This document shows positions 39,210 through 52,080 of a stretch of 64,000 bases of DNA, piece after piece; within the stretch, counting starts at the first letter, position 1; each line of letters starts with the position of its first letter. This DNA comes from Callorhinchus milii. Its lineage: Eukaryota. The stretch is taken from assembly GCF_018977255.1 (NCBI RefSeq), contig NW_024704743.1, forward strand, positions 50,222,001 through 50,286,000, written 5' to 3'. The notes under the pieces are model-generated. The model was not told the DNA's origin and made no database searches. It saw only the letters and a program-made list of their open reading frames with translations. Both the position numbers and the translations under genes were made by a program.

Positions 39210-39567
39210 CAATAATCCTTGCATTTGATATAGCGCCTTATCACATCTTCGAGATGTTTCAAAGCGCTTCACAGGTTATACTGTAAAATGAATTGACTGA
39301 ATTTTGTGCAGGCAAAACGCAACACCCAACTGCCCACAGGCAATCATAGATTGAGTGACCAAACTATCATTATTATTTTTTTTAAGGGATTATTACCTCC
39401 AGAATAGCAATCCACCAATCGACTAGCAATCCGGTTCCAACTGCTAGGTGGAACAGAGGTGTGTGGAGTAAAAAAACTTGCCCAATGTTTCGCCCTGCCT
39501 GGGAATTTAACCCAAGAATCCAAGAGCTTGCAAGATGAGTGCTCTAACCACTAAGCTACAGGACTCC
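39210..39567 (-). mobile_element. tRNA-headed SINE, long form (others at 10358-10720 -, 29532-29889 +, 38503-38803 -; partial at 35075-35295 -, 33345-33585 +, 27095-27340 +)
   Basis: Colinear with the 31355-31716 copy. Confidence 0.82.
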
Positions 39568-39799
39568 ACAAATTTCCACGTGTGGGTAGGATGCATCGAA
39601 TTCTCAATTTGGTTTGGATACTCGTAAACATGGTTATGGGTTTCTGTATGTGTGAGACATCTGGCTGACCAAAACATCAAAGAGAAGACGATTCTGGCTT
39701 GCAGGATAACATTATAATAAAATAATAATCTTTGAGATTGATACAGAACCTTTCAGGTAGGTAGGACTCAAAGTGCTTAAAAGGATTTAATAATAATAA

Positions 39800-40292
39800 T
39801 AAATAATCGTTGCATATGATATAGAGCTTTATCACATTGTCAAGGTATCTTCAAGCACCTCACAGGATATACTATAAAGTGGTTTGACTGTGCAATCTGT
39901 GGGCAAAACTCGGCAGCCAATTTTCCCACAGCAATGTCCCACAAACAGCCATGGAGTAAGCAACCAATTTTATTAGGGTGATTATTAACCAGGACATTGG
40001 AAGAAACTCCTTTCTCTTTTTGAATACTGCTATGTGATCTTTAACGCCACTATACAGGCAGAAGGGACCTTGGTTTAATGTCTCATTCAAAAGGACCTCA
40101 GCAACAGCAACTTGCATTTATATAGCGCCCTTTATGCAGGGTAGCGTCCCAGAGCACTTTGACAGTGCAACACACCCCTAGCGCTGCATTGGTGTGTCAG
40201 TTTAGACTATGTGATTCCAAGTGTCATTGTGAGGCTTGAATCCACAGCCTTCTGACTCAGAGGCGAGAGTGCTACTCACTGTGCCAGGCTGA
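39800..40292 (-). mobile_element. DeuSINE copy, interrupted at about 40100-40160 by an L2-type tail
   Basis: Reverse complement matches the head, body and tail of 32734-33175. Partial minus-strand copies also lie at about 33620-33790 and 34215-34300. Confidence 0.72.
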
Positions 40293-41217
40293 ACACATTT
40301 ACCATAATGTTTAGTCTCTTTTGTAAGCGATTGTGGTATGCAATTTGACCCAGCAATGTCCCACGAACAGCCATCAAGTGAATAACCAATTTTATTTGAG
40401 GGATTTTTGGACACTGGAGAAACAGAAGCAGTATTGGGATGGTGGGTATTGTTGCAGTGTTATTTTGTTTTTGCAGGTGACTCATGTTGGTTCTTTCGTA
40501 ACTCTGACATGCTCATAACTCACAAGTGCTGTAGGCATGCATGAGTTATGCCAATCTTCCACAGAAGTGAAGGAACACCAGCTTCACTGCCACTGGTGAG
40601 AGATTATCTATTCAGTGGGTACAAAGCTCATTAGAGAGCTCTGAGAACACTTTAAATTTTTATAAACATTGAATATCGATCTTTTTCTGTGGGCTTTGAA
40701 GTTACCACCTGTGTCCATCATTCAATTTTTGCATACATTACAGAAATAAATCACAGAGGTAAGAACATATTTCTATTCACTATATTTTTTCCTGTGTACT
40801 GTCTCCTTTTTTCCTTCTATCAGAGGTACAGTTCCAGGGTCAGTGTCCATTGCCACCAGGTCAGTCTCCATTACCTTTCCCAAGTTGCTATTCTTTATGT
40901 TTGAGTATCAATGGTTGATGTCGGTAGGCTTCTCATCTTTTAGGATACTGCACTGAATCCAATTCTACCCTCACACATGCACACCTGGATAGTTTCTCAA
41001 TAGCAAATGGTAATGAGCTGTACTTGAATTTTTTCCTCCTGAATTGGGGTGCTGAGGGCAATTGTACTCCGTACGGATTGGGGGTTTAACTTGGTTGGGA
41101 TGTTCCAGGTCTGTTTAGTTCCTCTACTCAGCGGATAAATCCTTGAGTCAAGGTGGTGGTGGGAGGGGGGGGGGGGGGGGGGGGGAGCGAGGGTCTAAAT
41201 ACTTTGAAGTAAAGGCT

Positions 41218-43147
41218 TTAAAGTATGACAAATGTCAAACCCAAGATACAGAAGACAACCAAATAGAATATAGGAAGTGCAGTAGAGAACTGAAAAAGGA
41301 AATAAGAGGGGCAAAAAGATTATACGAAAAAAGGTTAGTGGGTAACATCAAAGGGAATTCTAAAATATTTTACAAACATATCAAGAAAAAAAGGTTAGTC
41401 AAAGGTAGGGTGGGGTCAATCAAGGACCAAGGTGGAAATCGTATTGTGAAGGCAGAGGACATGGCTGATGTACTGAATGAACACTTTGCATCTGTCTTCA
41501 CAAAAGAAGTGGATGACCAAATGCCGCAGTATCGGAGGAGAGGGTAGAGGAAATGGATAGGATAAGTATAAACAGAGAGGAAGTACTGAAAAGGTTGACT
41601 GGGCTGAAGGTAGATAAGTCGCCCGGTCTGGACGGGATGCAGCCAAGGGTACTATGGGAGGCACGGGTACAAATAGCGGAGGCTTTGGCTACAATTTTTC
41701 AATCTTCGTTGGACACAGGAGTGGTGCCAGAGGACTGGAGAGTGGCCAATGTGACTCCCCTGTACAAAAAGGGACAGAAGGACAAACCTGGGAACTACAG
41801 GCCAGTCAGCCTAACATCAGTAGTGGGGAAACTCCTGGAGACTATAATCCGGAACAGAATAAATCTTCACTTAGAAGAATATGGGTTAATTAGGGACAGC
41901 CAACATGGATTTGTTAAAGGCAAATCTTGTCTAACAAATCTAATAGAATTTTTCGATGAGTTAACGGAGAAGGTGGATAAAGGTAGTGCATTGATGTAGT
42001 TTATATGGACTTTCAAAAGGCATTTGACAAAGTGCCACATGAAAGACTTGTAAGAAAGATAGAAGCCCACAGTATAAAAGGGACAGTGGCAGCATGGATC
42101 CAGAACTGGCTGGGAGACAGAAAGCAGAGAGTTGTGGTGAACGGCTGCTTTTCTGACTGGAGGGAAGTGTACAGTGGCGTCCCCCAGGGATCGGTATTAG
42201 GACCACTGCTCTTCTTAATATACATAAATGATCTGGACTTGGGTATAACAAGTACCATTTCCAAGTTTGCGGACGACACAAAGTTTGGTAGGGTAGTAAA
42301 CAGTGAGAAGGATAGTAGCCAACACATGGCAGATGAGTTTCAATGTGGAGAAATGCGAGGTAATGTATTTTGGTAGAAAGAATGAGGGGAGGCAATATAG
42401 GCTGGTAATACAATCTTAAGGGGGGGTAAAAGAACAGAGAGACCTGGGGGTGCAGGTAAATGAATCCTTGAAGGTGCACTAGATAAAGCTGTAAAAAGGG
42501 CATATGGGATACAAGGCATTTTAAATAGGGGCATAGAGTACAAGAGTCAGGAGGTTATGATTAACCTATATAAAACACTGGTTAGGCCTCAGTTAGAATA
42601 CTGCGCTTAGTTCTGGGCACCGCACTATAGGAAGGATGTTAAGGCATTGGAAAGGGTGTAGAGGAGATTTACAAAAATGGTACCAGGAATGAGGGACATT
42701 GATTATGAGGAAAGGCTGGAGAGGCTGGGATTATTCTCATTGGAGCAGAGAAGGTTACGAGGAGGTCTAATAGGGGTCTTCAAAATCATGAGGGGATTGC
42801 ATAGGTTAGAAAGGGAAAAACTGTTTCCACTGGTGGGTTTGTTGGTGACTCGAGGTCACAGATTCAAAATAGTCTCTAAAAGAAGCAGAAGGGAGGTGAG
42901 AAGAAATTTTTTCATGCAGCGAGTTGTTTGAATCTGGAACACATTGCCTGAAAGGGTGGCCGAGGCCGATTCGATAACTGCTTTTAAAAACGTGGTGAAT
43001 GGGTATTTGAGGAGGACGGGTTTGCAGAGTTATGGGGAAAGGGCTGGGGAGTGGGATTGACATTACATTGCTCTTTTTCAAAGAGCCGACACAGACCTGA
43101 TGGGCTGAATGGCCTCTTTTTGTGCTGTATGATACTATGATTCTATA
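41218..43147 (+). mobile_element. CR1-clade LINE, about 1.9 kb 5'-truncated ORF2 pseudogene
   Basis: [60 protein letters not shown] and FADDTK motifs with stops and frameshifts; tail ends in ctatgattctata. Confidence 0.95.
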
Positions 43148-44185
43148 AAGTTAAGACTTTCCAGGTCTGTGGGGTGTTAGGTAATCTCAGCTAGGGCAGT
43201 GGTCAGGGTAATACAGTTGGTATCAACAGGCCAGAGCTAGGGCGAGTGGGTTACAAAAAAAGGGTTGCCAGATTTGCTGCTCCTGATTGTAATCCGGTAA
43301 CCTTGCTGGAAGTACAAGTCTATGAACAATAAGTGACGTGGAATTATGGTATCCCTTATTGTGGTTGAATAGTCTGTCTATTCACTGTCTATACTAAAAA
43401 ATGAAGAATAACCCATTGGATGAGGTTGTTAATATTTGTGGGAACCAATATTTGGATACTCGTAAGCGTGGTGATAGGTTTCCTCATGTGTCAGAAACCT
43501 GGCTGACCAAAAAGACTTCACCAAAGTTGATAGCAGATCGGTATGGTGGTGTGTCCCAATAATCATACTAGAAATGATTTGATGACATGCTCCGTCTAAT
43601 GCAGGATGCGCTGTTAGACATTATAGAGCTATATATACTGAATGCAAGCTGTAGTTGTTGTGGGTTATTATTATAATTATTAATAATATAAAAACAGCTT
43701 AACGCTGTGAAGGTCGGGAGGGTTTTATGGAAGGATGAGATTGAATAGGCCGAAGGGCTTTCCCCATTCTGAACCTCCCCCACGGTAGGTGTAATAACAA
43801 TAATAATATAATAATAATAATTAACTGTGTAACACGGGGCACAGAAGCGTAATGCAGTGAGACAGTGAGATGCCAGGAATTGTGGCCGAGTCACGGCCAG
43901 TAAAAAGCAGTTTGATGCTGTGCCGAGAGGGGAGGGGGTGGTATGGGGGGCAATGTGGAGGCATGAGATGAGATGAGATGGGTCCAGGGGCTGTGCTGAA
44001 CCAGACCAACCCTGTGACCTTCAGTGACCTCTGTGTGGCTCACCAGCTGACAGCGGGCACCTCGCGCAGACTCAGTGAGGGCGGGAGGACTCCCCCCGTG
44101 TCCTCCTGTAGACCAGCATTCAGCGCGACCATCATGGCGGCCTGAAGCCGGCGGCCCTGCTGAGGGGGGAGATACACCGACAGGC

Positions 44186-44652
44186 AGAGAGGCCAGACCA
44201 GGCCAGGCCAGGCCGCGGGGACAGCGGGGACAGCGGGGAGGGGAGGCCAGGCCAGGCCGCGGGGACAGCGGGGAGGGGAGGCCAGGCCGCGGGGACAGCG
44301 GGGACAGCGGGGAGGGGAGGCCAGGCCAGGCCGCGGGGACAGCGGGGAGAGCGGGGAGGCCAGGCCGCGGGGACAGCGGGGAGGCCAGGCCAGGCCGCGG
44401 GGACAGCGGGGAGGGGAGGCCAGGCCAGGCCGCGGGGACAGCGGGGAGAGCGGGGAGGCCAGGCCGCGGGGACAGCGGGGACAGCGGGGAGGCCAGGCCA
44501 GGCCCAGGCCGCGGGGAGAGAGGGGAGGGGAGGCCAGGCCAGGCCAGGCCGCGGGGACAGCGGGGAGGGGAGGCCAGGCCAGGCCGCGGGGAGAGCGGGG
44601 AGGGGAGGCCAGGCCAGGCCGCGGGGGATTGAGGGAGAGGAGAGGGGAGGCC
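44186..44652 (+). repeat. GC-rich minisatellite (GCCAG)nGCCGCGGGGACAGCGGGGAGGGGA abutting the MED10 ATG
   Basis: Tandem variant units are directly visible; the array ends about 4 nt before the ATG. Confidence 0.9.
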
Positions 44653-44655
44653 AAC

Positions 44656-44777
44656 ATGGCGGACAAGTTTGACAACCTGGAGGAACATTTGGAGAAATTC
44701 ATCGAGAACATCCGGCAGCTCGGCATCATCGTCAGTGATTTCCAGCCCAGCAGCCAAGCGGGACTGAACCAGAAACT
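44656..44777 (+). CDS. MED10: MED10 exon 1 (Mediator subunit 10)
   Basis: gccaacATGG Kozak context; MADKFDNLEEHLEKFIENIRQLGIIVSDFQPSSQAGLNQKL; 122 nt followed by a GTGAGA donor. Confidence 0.96.
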
Positions 44778-44779
44778 GT

Positions 44780-45120
44780 GAGAGACTGAGATACCGTGTG
44801 AGAGACAGAGAGACTGAGAGAGAGAGAGAGAGACTGTGTGAGAGAGAGAGAGAGACTGTGTGTGAGAGAGAGAGGAGAGAGACTGTGTGAGAGAGAGAGA
44901 GAGACTGGAGAGAGAGAGAGAGAGAGACTGTGTGAGAGAGAGAGAGAGACTGTGTGTGAGAGAGAGAGAGGCTGTGTGAGAGAGAGAGGGGGAGAGACTG
45001 AGAGGGAGAGACTGAGAGAGAGAGAGAGAGAGACTGTGACAGAGAGAGAGAGAGAGAGAGACTGAGAGAGAGAGAGACTATGAGAGAGAGAGAGACTGAG
45101 AAACTGTGTGAGAGAGTCTG
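44780..45120 (+). repeat. (GA)n/GAGACT microsatellite at the start of MED10 intron 1; resumes at 46030-46230
   Basis: Directly visible. Confidence 0.9.
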
Positions 45121-45128
45121 AAACTCTC

Positions 45129-46024
45129 AGCTGTGCTGACAGAATGTCTGTCAGACATCAAGTCCTGGATGAGAGCAAATTTTCTTCAGTTGAACGTCAA
45201 CAAGCCCGAGGCCCTCCTGATTGGCTCCCGTCAGCGCCTCCTCACCTCAGGCACTGACAGCATCACCTCCATGGTCGCACACTCCACCTTACTAAGCCGG
45301 TCCAGGACCTTGGCTTCTTGCTTGACCCTCAACTATCCCTTTGTATCGCACATCTCTGCCATGACCGGCTCTGCCTTCCTCCACCTCTGCAACGTCGCCC
45401 GGCTCCGCCACTGTCTCACACCCCAGGCTGTCGAAATCCTCATACACGGATTCATTACATCGAGGCTTGACTATGCAAACTCCCTGCTTGTCGGACTCCC
45501 CAACTCCCTCCATAGGCTGCAGATCATCAAGAACTCTGCAGCCCGTGTCTTCTCCCGCACCAGGCTCCGCGACCCTATCACCCCCATCCTCGCCCAACTC
45601 CACTGGCTTCCCATCACACAGAGATCCTGGTCCTCATTTCAAAGCCCTCCATGGTCTTGCTCCACCCTACCTCTGCGATCTCTTAACCTACCATCCTGCT
45701 CGCACCCTCCGCTTAGCTGTCTCCAGCCTGCTTCACGTCCCCCGCCTCGGTCGCCCCACCATTGGCGGGCAGGCTTTCTGCCACTCTGCCTCCACCCTCT
45801 GCAACTCCATCCCGCAGTCCCTCCGCCTTGCCCCCTCCCTTGCCTCCTCCAAGACCCATTTCAAGACCCTCCTCTTCGACCGTGCTTTCGATCACCCAGC
45901 CCTCCACCCTCCCTGATCCCAAACCCCCAGCTCGGGTCCAAAACTCTGACTGTCCAATGCCTTGGTACGTCCTCCCAATGTGAAAGGCGCCATACAAATG
46001 TAATTTTGTTGTACGTTTGTGGTT
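45129..46024 (+). mobile_element. L2-clade LINE 3' fragment in MED10 intron 1
   Basis: LTECLSDIKSWMRANFLQLNVNKPE...SRLDYANSLLVGLP...LHWLP; L2 tail; possible GAAACTCT target-site duplication. Confidence 0.93.
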
Positions 46025-46499
46025 GAGAAACTCTTGAGAGTGGCTGAGAGAGACACACTGAAAGAGTGAGGGAGAGACTGAGACACAGAGAGAGAGCTGA
46101 GATAGTGAGAGACAGAGAGTGTGACAGAAAGACAGAAGGTGTGAGAGAGTGATATGGGAAGAGGGAGTGACAGAGTTCACAGAAGGAGAAGGTGTACACA
46201 GAGAGAGGGGGAGAGAAGAGGGTCTAGGGAGAGGATGTGTGCATGTATACAGAGTATGTGTATGTCCTATATATACCTATATATATATATTGGAGTGCGT
46301 GTTTAGGTACATTATTTGAATAAAAATATAGTAAATGATGACTGCCAACGTAATAGCAAGCGCTATGAGCTTATACTTAAATGCACTGCACAAGTGTATC
46401 TGATATGATTGACACATCGACACCAAACAGAATGCATATTCCAAAAGTGTACACCTATGTATTGCGCATGTGTAACAGATGTGAACGTGTGACATGCCT

Positions 46500-46761
46500 G
46501 TTCAAAACAAATCTGCGGAAACACTCCTTCAGTGAGCGGGTAGTAAATGTATGGAACAGGTTCCCCAGGGAGATGAAAGCAGAAAGTATTGATTCTTTCA
46601 AGAACAAATTAAATAGATTTCTGTTAGGAAATAATATCTCGGGATACAATATATAGTTTGGAACACAACATATACATACAACTGCCAGGATGGTGGAAGG
46701 TGAACTGGATTGACCATGGTCTTCTTTCGCTTAGCACATTCTTATGTTTTTATGTTCTTAT
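46500..46761 (+). mobile_element. CR1-like 3' fragment
   Basis: RKHSFSERVVNVWNRFP...SIDSFKNKLNRFL and a (cttatgtt)n tail. Confidence 0.75.
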
Positions 46762-48862
46762 GGACCCAAACAAACCACATATATAAAATAGACATATAAG
46801 TGGACACACAATATGTTGTATGCGTGGAATAAATTGCTTGGAGAACATATGCAGAGATAGATTTCAACTCAGGCAAAGTGTGTGCACAATATACTATTTA
46901 TGGACAATTGACACCAAGTGTGTTTCCACAAGTTTACAGTTTAGAATTACAATGCAGTGGCTTCCTGTAATTGAATTTACTTGATATTATACCACTAGAA
47001 TACTTTGATTTATTTTGATTTATGATTAATTAGGAAGGTCTTTCTCAAAAACGGAATCATGTGTAAGTGGTTTTTGATCCATGCATAAAATAGAGGGTCA
47101 ATTCAGCACTGTCTGTGCAGGCTCCTAAAGAGACTAAGAAAGAAAATGCTGTAGTCTATGAGATAAACTGATTGGAAGTCCAAATGGAATAGAAATGGAC
47201 CATAGACCAGTTGGAAATTCTTGTTCCTATATTCCGAAGTGCCACAGATGCACTGAATGGAAAATTGTGTCATGTTTGCTTTGGGGATTTGCATCTGTGA
47301 AAGTGAAAGTGAGCTGATGACTTGAAGCTGTTTAAGAAATTAGTGTTTAAAGGGAAATGAAAGCAAAATTGGAGTTAGAGAGTTTCAGTAGAAATCCTTC
47401 TGTATGACAAATAAAGGGTGAGAAGGATAGATGAAATTAACTTTAATTTTAGTTTTTGATGACATCTGAATCCCTTCAGCGTTTTCTCATCTATTCATTT
47501 TTACGCAATATGTACCAGTTAGGCAATTTTATGGCCATCAATTACAGATTACTCTTCAATAATCTGTAAAGTTATTACAGACATCAATCTCTGTGTAAAT
47601 GTTATCTATCAAAAAGGAAATGGACCACATCGCTATCTAGTTCTGTTCATGTTCAGATCGATGAAAAGTGATGGGTTTGTTGAGCCAAATGTCCCCGTTC
47701 TGTTCTTTTATTGAGCGTTTAGTTGCCCATTTTATAGCATTATTTGGCAATTCAAATATTATCATCTTGAGACATAATTTTCCCTGCTCTTCGTATCCAA
47801 ATTGGGATGGGGGTCTGCCACTATCTGAAATCTCAGCCCTTTATAGCATAATGGTTTGTGTTTTTCCTCGAGATTATGGATGGTCAGTTACCCGAAAGCA
47901 AGTTTTAAATGTGACATTGAAACAGCTCAGTGTTTGTAAGTTCAGATGTAGCTTTTTGACTAATGTTGCTGGTTGTGTCAAATTTGTCTCGGTATAAATA
48001 AATTTAATATCACCTTCACCTTACAGAGTTCCCGAATAAGTATATCGAAGCAGCTTTAAAGACAATTTGGTGGTTTTGTTGCAGTACTAAAAACTTCATT
48101 TAATGTCACAGAAATATAATGTTTTCAGTGGATGCCTGCAGATAAGATTGTAGCTGACCCAAACATTGAAGCCTAGTGCAGCAAACCTTTGATGGCTCAG
48201 CCAATTTATCCAGCAAGTGCTTTGCGGAAAAGGTTCCTGGTCTGTCTTGTTAGCTGATCTCTTGGGGCATTATAATCAGCCTCAGAACCACGTACGACAG
48301 AGAGGAGAATTAGTGAGTGCTTCTATTCTTGACTATACAGTGACCCCACGCTTAAGATACACCATTGTGAGCATAACTAAAGACAGGATCAGACCAAGCT
48401 GTGATGTCCTTGTAGTGCAAAAGCCTCACTTTGGTGAGACAATACTATGGTGTCCACGAAAGTACCAAGTAGAACGGTAACAGAGTCAAACTCTGTGAGA
48501 AATGGCGCTTGGGGAAGGGGTGGTGATAAAAGTAAAAATAAATTCATATCACGCTATGGAATCTTGATCAAAGCATAATATTTAATGCAAATTGATTCAG
48601 AATCGAATCAGTGGCCTAAAGTTTCTCATGGTTTCAGTAGAATTTTGAAAAATTATTAAATTCCATTTTAACTTGGCAGCAGGTTTCACAGAGTTAATTT
48701 TGTGCCAAATAAATGTAAGACAAAACTTGCTTTATGTCAGCAGCCATATTGAATAATCCACGTATTACAAAAGCTTTCTCTTACCCAATAATGTTTCACA
48801 AAATTTTGTAATTAAAAGTGACAATCTTCTATTAAAATAGTAACTTTCTATTTGATTTGCAG

Positions 48863-48946
48863 AAATTCTATGATCACAGGGCTACAAGATGTTGACAAAT
48901 GCAGACAGCAGTTGCATGATATCAATGTACCACTGGAGGTTTTTGA
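48863..48946 (+). CDS. MED10: MED10 exon 2
   Basis: tttgcag| acceptor, 84 nt, (L)NSMITGLQDVDKCRQQLHDINVPLEVF(E), GTGAGT donor. Confidence 0.95.
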
Positions 48947-50293
48947 GTGAGTATTGGATATTGTGTAGATTTTGTTTTAACAAAAATACGGTTGACATTT
49001 TGTCATTAACTGGTGTTAAGTGTTGATTACAGCAGGCATTGTTGTATCTTTGCCATATGCTGTTTGCACTAGGATAGATGCTATGATGATTTTTCACCTC
49101 TAAATAATGTTCTTGCAAAGCTGCAAGTCAATACAGTTGAAACTGTTGAATTCAGTACAATATTATTAATTAAAGATTTTTCTATAGAAGTTATTGCAGT
49201 GAAGATTATTGTATTTTCCACTGTACGTTTTATAGATAATAGGATATTCTCTGTTAATAAATTAACCAACCTTCAGAGAATCGCGCTTCTAGTTTTCATT
49301 CTCCATGAAGGTATTCAGCACTGTGCATCTTCCTTAATATATGTGTGTGTGAGGGGAGGGGGGACAGCTATGATTCAATATTGGACAATTCCCCATTCCT
49401 GAATATTTCAAAATAATGACGCACAGAGATTAACAACCAGATAAAATACACATTTAGAACTGGTAATCTTGGGATCTAAACCCACATCTGTTTGGTTGAG
49501 AGGTGGATGTCCTGATGTTTTGCTGTTAAGTTATCTGTTCTTTCTGAAAACAAAAAAATCCAGTTCTGATTGTATTTATATTTCTCACACTTGTCTGTCA
49601 ATACTACTGTTTACTCCAGGACACATGGGTATATAAGTAAGAAGTGAATCCAAAGCACATGCTAGAGTAGGAGAGAAATGCATAAAAATATGATGGGATA
49701 TTTGACTGGGTGAATGCTGAGTTTCAGGTGACAGTTTTCCATTCAGCTCTTACTTGTGCATTGGTAAAAATTGTTAGGATATTAGCTGTTGTTTTAAAAT
49801 TTGCTGGTAGATTTGGCAAAAGTTTGATAAGTTTACTGCTGAGCAGGGAATGACCCCAGAGTATAATGTCATGTAATGTCTGGGGCACAAGGACATCTTG
49901 ATCGCAGATATTGTTATGATAATGTAAACGGCCCTTCAGTCTTCTCTCCCCACTGCCCTTATGTCAAATTGCTTAATGTTGGCAGATCTGAAAATAGGAA
50001 TTCATCCTGTGGGAAATTGACTTAAACCTGCACCCTACCACGCAGTGGCAGGCTTGGATGTCTTACCATTCTAAAAACAAAATGCAAATCATTTGAGGAT
50101 ACTGTCGTGGTTTTTCGAAATTAAAAATGGCAACTTTTATTCCTTCCTATTATTAGGCAAATTCCGTCATCTCAGTTCTGGATGAGGGTTACCATTTTCT
50201 TTGCACAGTATTCTCAGGACATAATTAGAAGCATGTTAGAAAAAATTGTATGCAGTATATAATTTAACTCTTATTTTTCTCCTTTTGAAACAG

Positions 50294-50396
50294 GTACATT
50301 GATCAAGGCCGAAATCCTCAGCTTTATACCAAAGAGTGCTTAGAAAGAGCTTTGGCAAAGAATGAACAAGTCAAAGGCAAAATTGACACTTTGAAG
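50294..50396 (+). CDS. MED10: MED10 exon 3
   Basis: aaacag| acceptor after a pyrimidine tract, 103 nt, (E)YIDQGRNPQLYTKECLERALAKNEQVKGKIDTLK, GTAATT donor. Confidence 0.96.
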
Positions 50397-51673
50397 GTAA
50401 TTTAAGGAATTTATTGCAAGCAATAAAGATTCTTGAACAAGTCTTGTAATTAGCAAAATAAACCTCAGATCACAGATCACTAAGCCATGAGGTCATTCCT
50501 TCCCCGCTCCTTATCCTGCCCCCATTCTGAGTTTGAACTTTGGTAATGGATGTGTTCAGACTACATTCCTTAAATGACTGCAAATTCAGCCCTTGACTAT
50601 ACTCATAATTTAAGAACACTGATTCTCAGAATCATTTGCAATGTTTACAAAGAATGTACGGTACTCAGCCCAATCGGTCCATGCCAGTGTTCCTCCTAAA
50701 TTCTCTTTCGGATTCTATAAGGTGTGCAACAAGGTGGGATATGCATTGAACTTCTGAATGATTCCAGGTTCTTTTTAGATTTGGTTGCCCATAGCTGCAC
50801 ACAATATATGTCCTGACTAGTATCTATTCTGTACAAGCATTGAATGATTTGCTTTGACTTATCCAAATTGTATTCCTGTATTTGATTCACTTTATTCATA
50901 TTATCTGGAACACTTTAGTGGAATGCTCAGACTGAAATTCCTTTCCTCCTCTATTAATTTTGTAGGTATATATATATATTATCATGTATTTATTTACATT
51001 ACAAGGTAGATGTATGAACAGTTGCCGTATGAATGAGGGAGTTGGAATGGGTCACAAGTTGGGAGCGGCCCCATTATTGAAATGAAAATAGTATGGTAAT
51101 GGGTCATCAAGTCTTGTGTGTTCATGCACATGCCTCTTTCTCTCTCAGGCTCCCTATTGCCTTTAAGTGCATGTATGCATGCGTTTCTCTTTCTCTAATC
51201 CTGTATTCACCTGGATTGGATCTCTACTTTGTGCTGCTGCTTCACAGTCCCAATTGGGCAAAATGACACACCTGGTATCATATACACAAGTGCACAATTA
51301 AATGTTTTTGCCAACATCATAACTTCATTTCACTTCAGTTGGAATCCCTATGGATAGTGAGGATGTGGTTACATAGTTTTCTACAATAAATGCAGTGAAA
51401 GGAGGGAGCAATGGACTTTTTAACCAGTCGCATTGCAGTAGAGGAAAGAGTTATATTGTAACTGTCAAAATCCCAGCTGCATTTATATATATATTTATAC
51501 ACATGACTAACTCGCTACACTGGGTAACTCATCACTGAATCCTTTTCCATGTCAAGCTCCATGTCAGGACTTTGGGAGTTTACTGTATTAATCCAACAAA
51601 AGAACCTTTGCTTCAAGTTTGTGTGCAGAGGCGAGTCAAAATTAAACTTTCTTTGTGGTAAAGAGATTCCTGT

Positions 51674-52080
51674 AACAACAACAGATTACATTTGTATAGC
51701 GTCTTTCATGTCTGGAGGATTTCCTAAGGTGCTGGACATTCAGGGATTTGGACCTGAGCAGGTGGTTGGGATCAGGCAGGCTGGAGGGAAGGGAGGATAG
51801 GGGTAGGAGGATGGTCGAAGAGGAGTCTCTTGAGACGTGCTTTCAAGCAGGCAAGCGAGGGAACAAGACAAAGGGACTATGGGATGGAATTCCAAAGGGC
51901 TTGGGCAGCGAAGCTCAAGGCCCGACCTTGGGGTGGGCCGGGGATGTGGAGCAGGCCACAGCCTGCTGAGCGGAGGGAAGGAACAGGTTGATATGGGGTT
52001 AGTTGGTCACAGAGGTTGGAAGGAGCAAGGCCGTGGAGAGCCTTAAAGGTGAGGATGAGGATTTTGAACTCTATCCTCAA
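51674..52080 (-). mobile_element. L2 3' fragment in MED10 intron 3
   Basis: RIEFKILILTFKALHGLAP and an L2 tail. Confidence 0.85.

Larger units (their letters stand above)
44040..44780 (+). promoter_or_regulatory. CpG-rich MED10 promoter/5' region
   Basis: High GC and CpG density leading into exon 1, against an AT-rich background. Confidence 0.6.

Noticed and set aside
40830..43447. Inverted old SINE copies flanking the long CR1, as a possible composite transposon
   Set aside because: The copies are highly diverged from each other and the family is common in the window; no target-site duplication.
43575..43645. Possible C/D box snoRNA (TGATGA...CTGA)
   Set aside because: No terminal stem, not intronic and no recognisable guide sequence; such motifs arise by chance.
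43891..44757. 288-aa and overlapping Pro/Gly/Arg-rich ORFs
   Set aside because: Antisense or alternative frames of MED10 exon 1 plus the GC minisatellite.
50291..50299. CAG|GTACAT at the MED10 exon 3 acceptor as a recursive splice site
   Set aside because: Weak donor match dictated by the Glu-Tyr codons; the intron is short.
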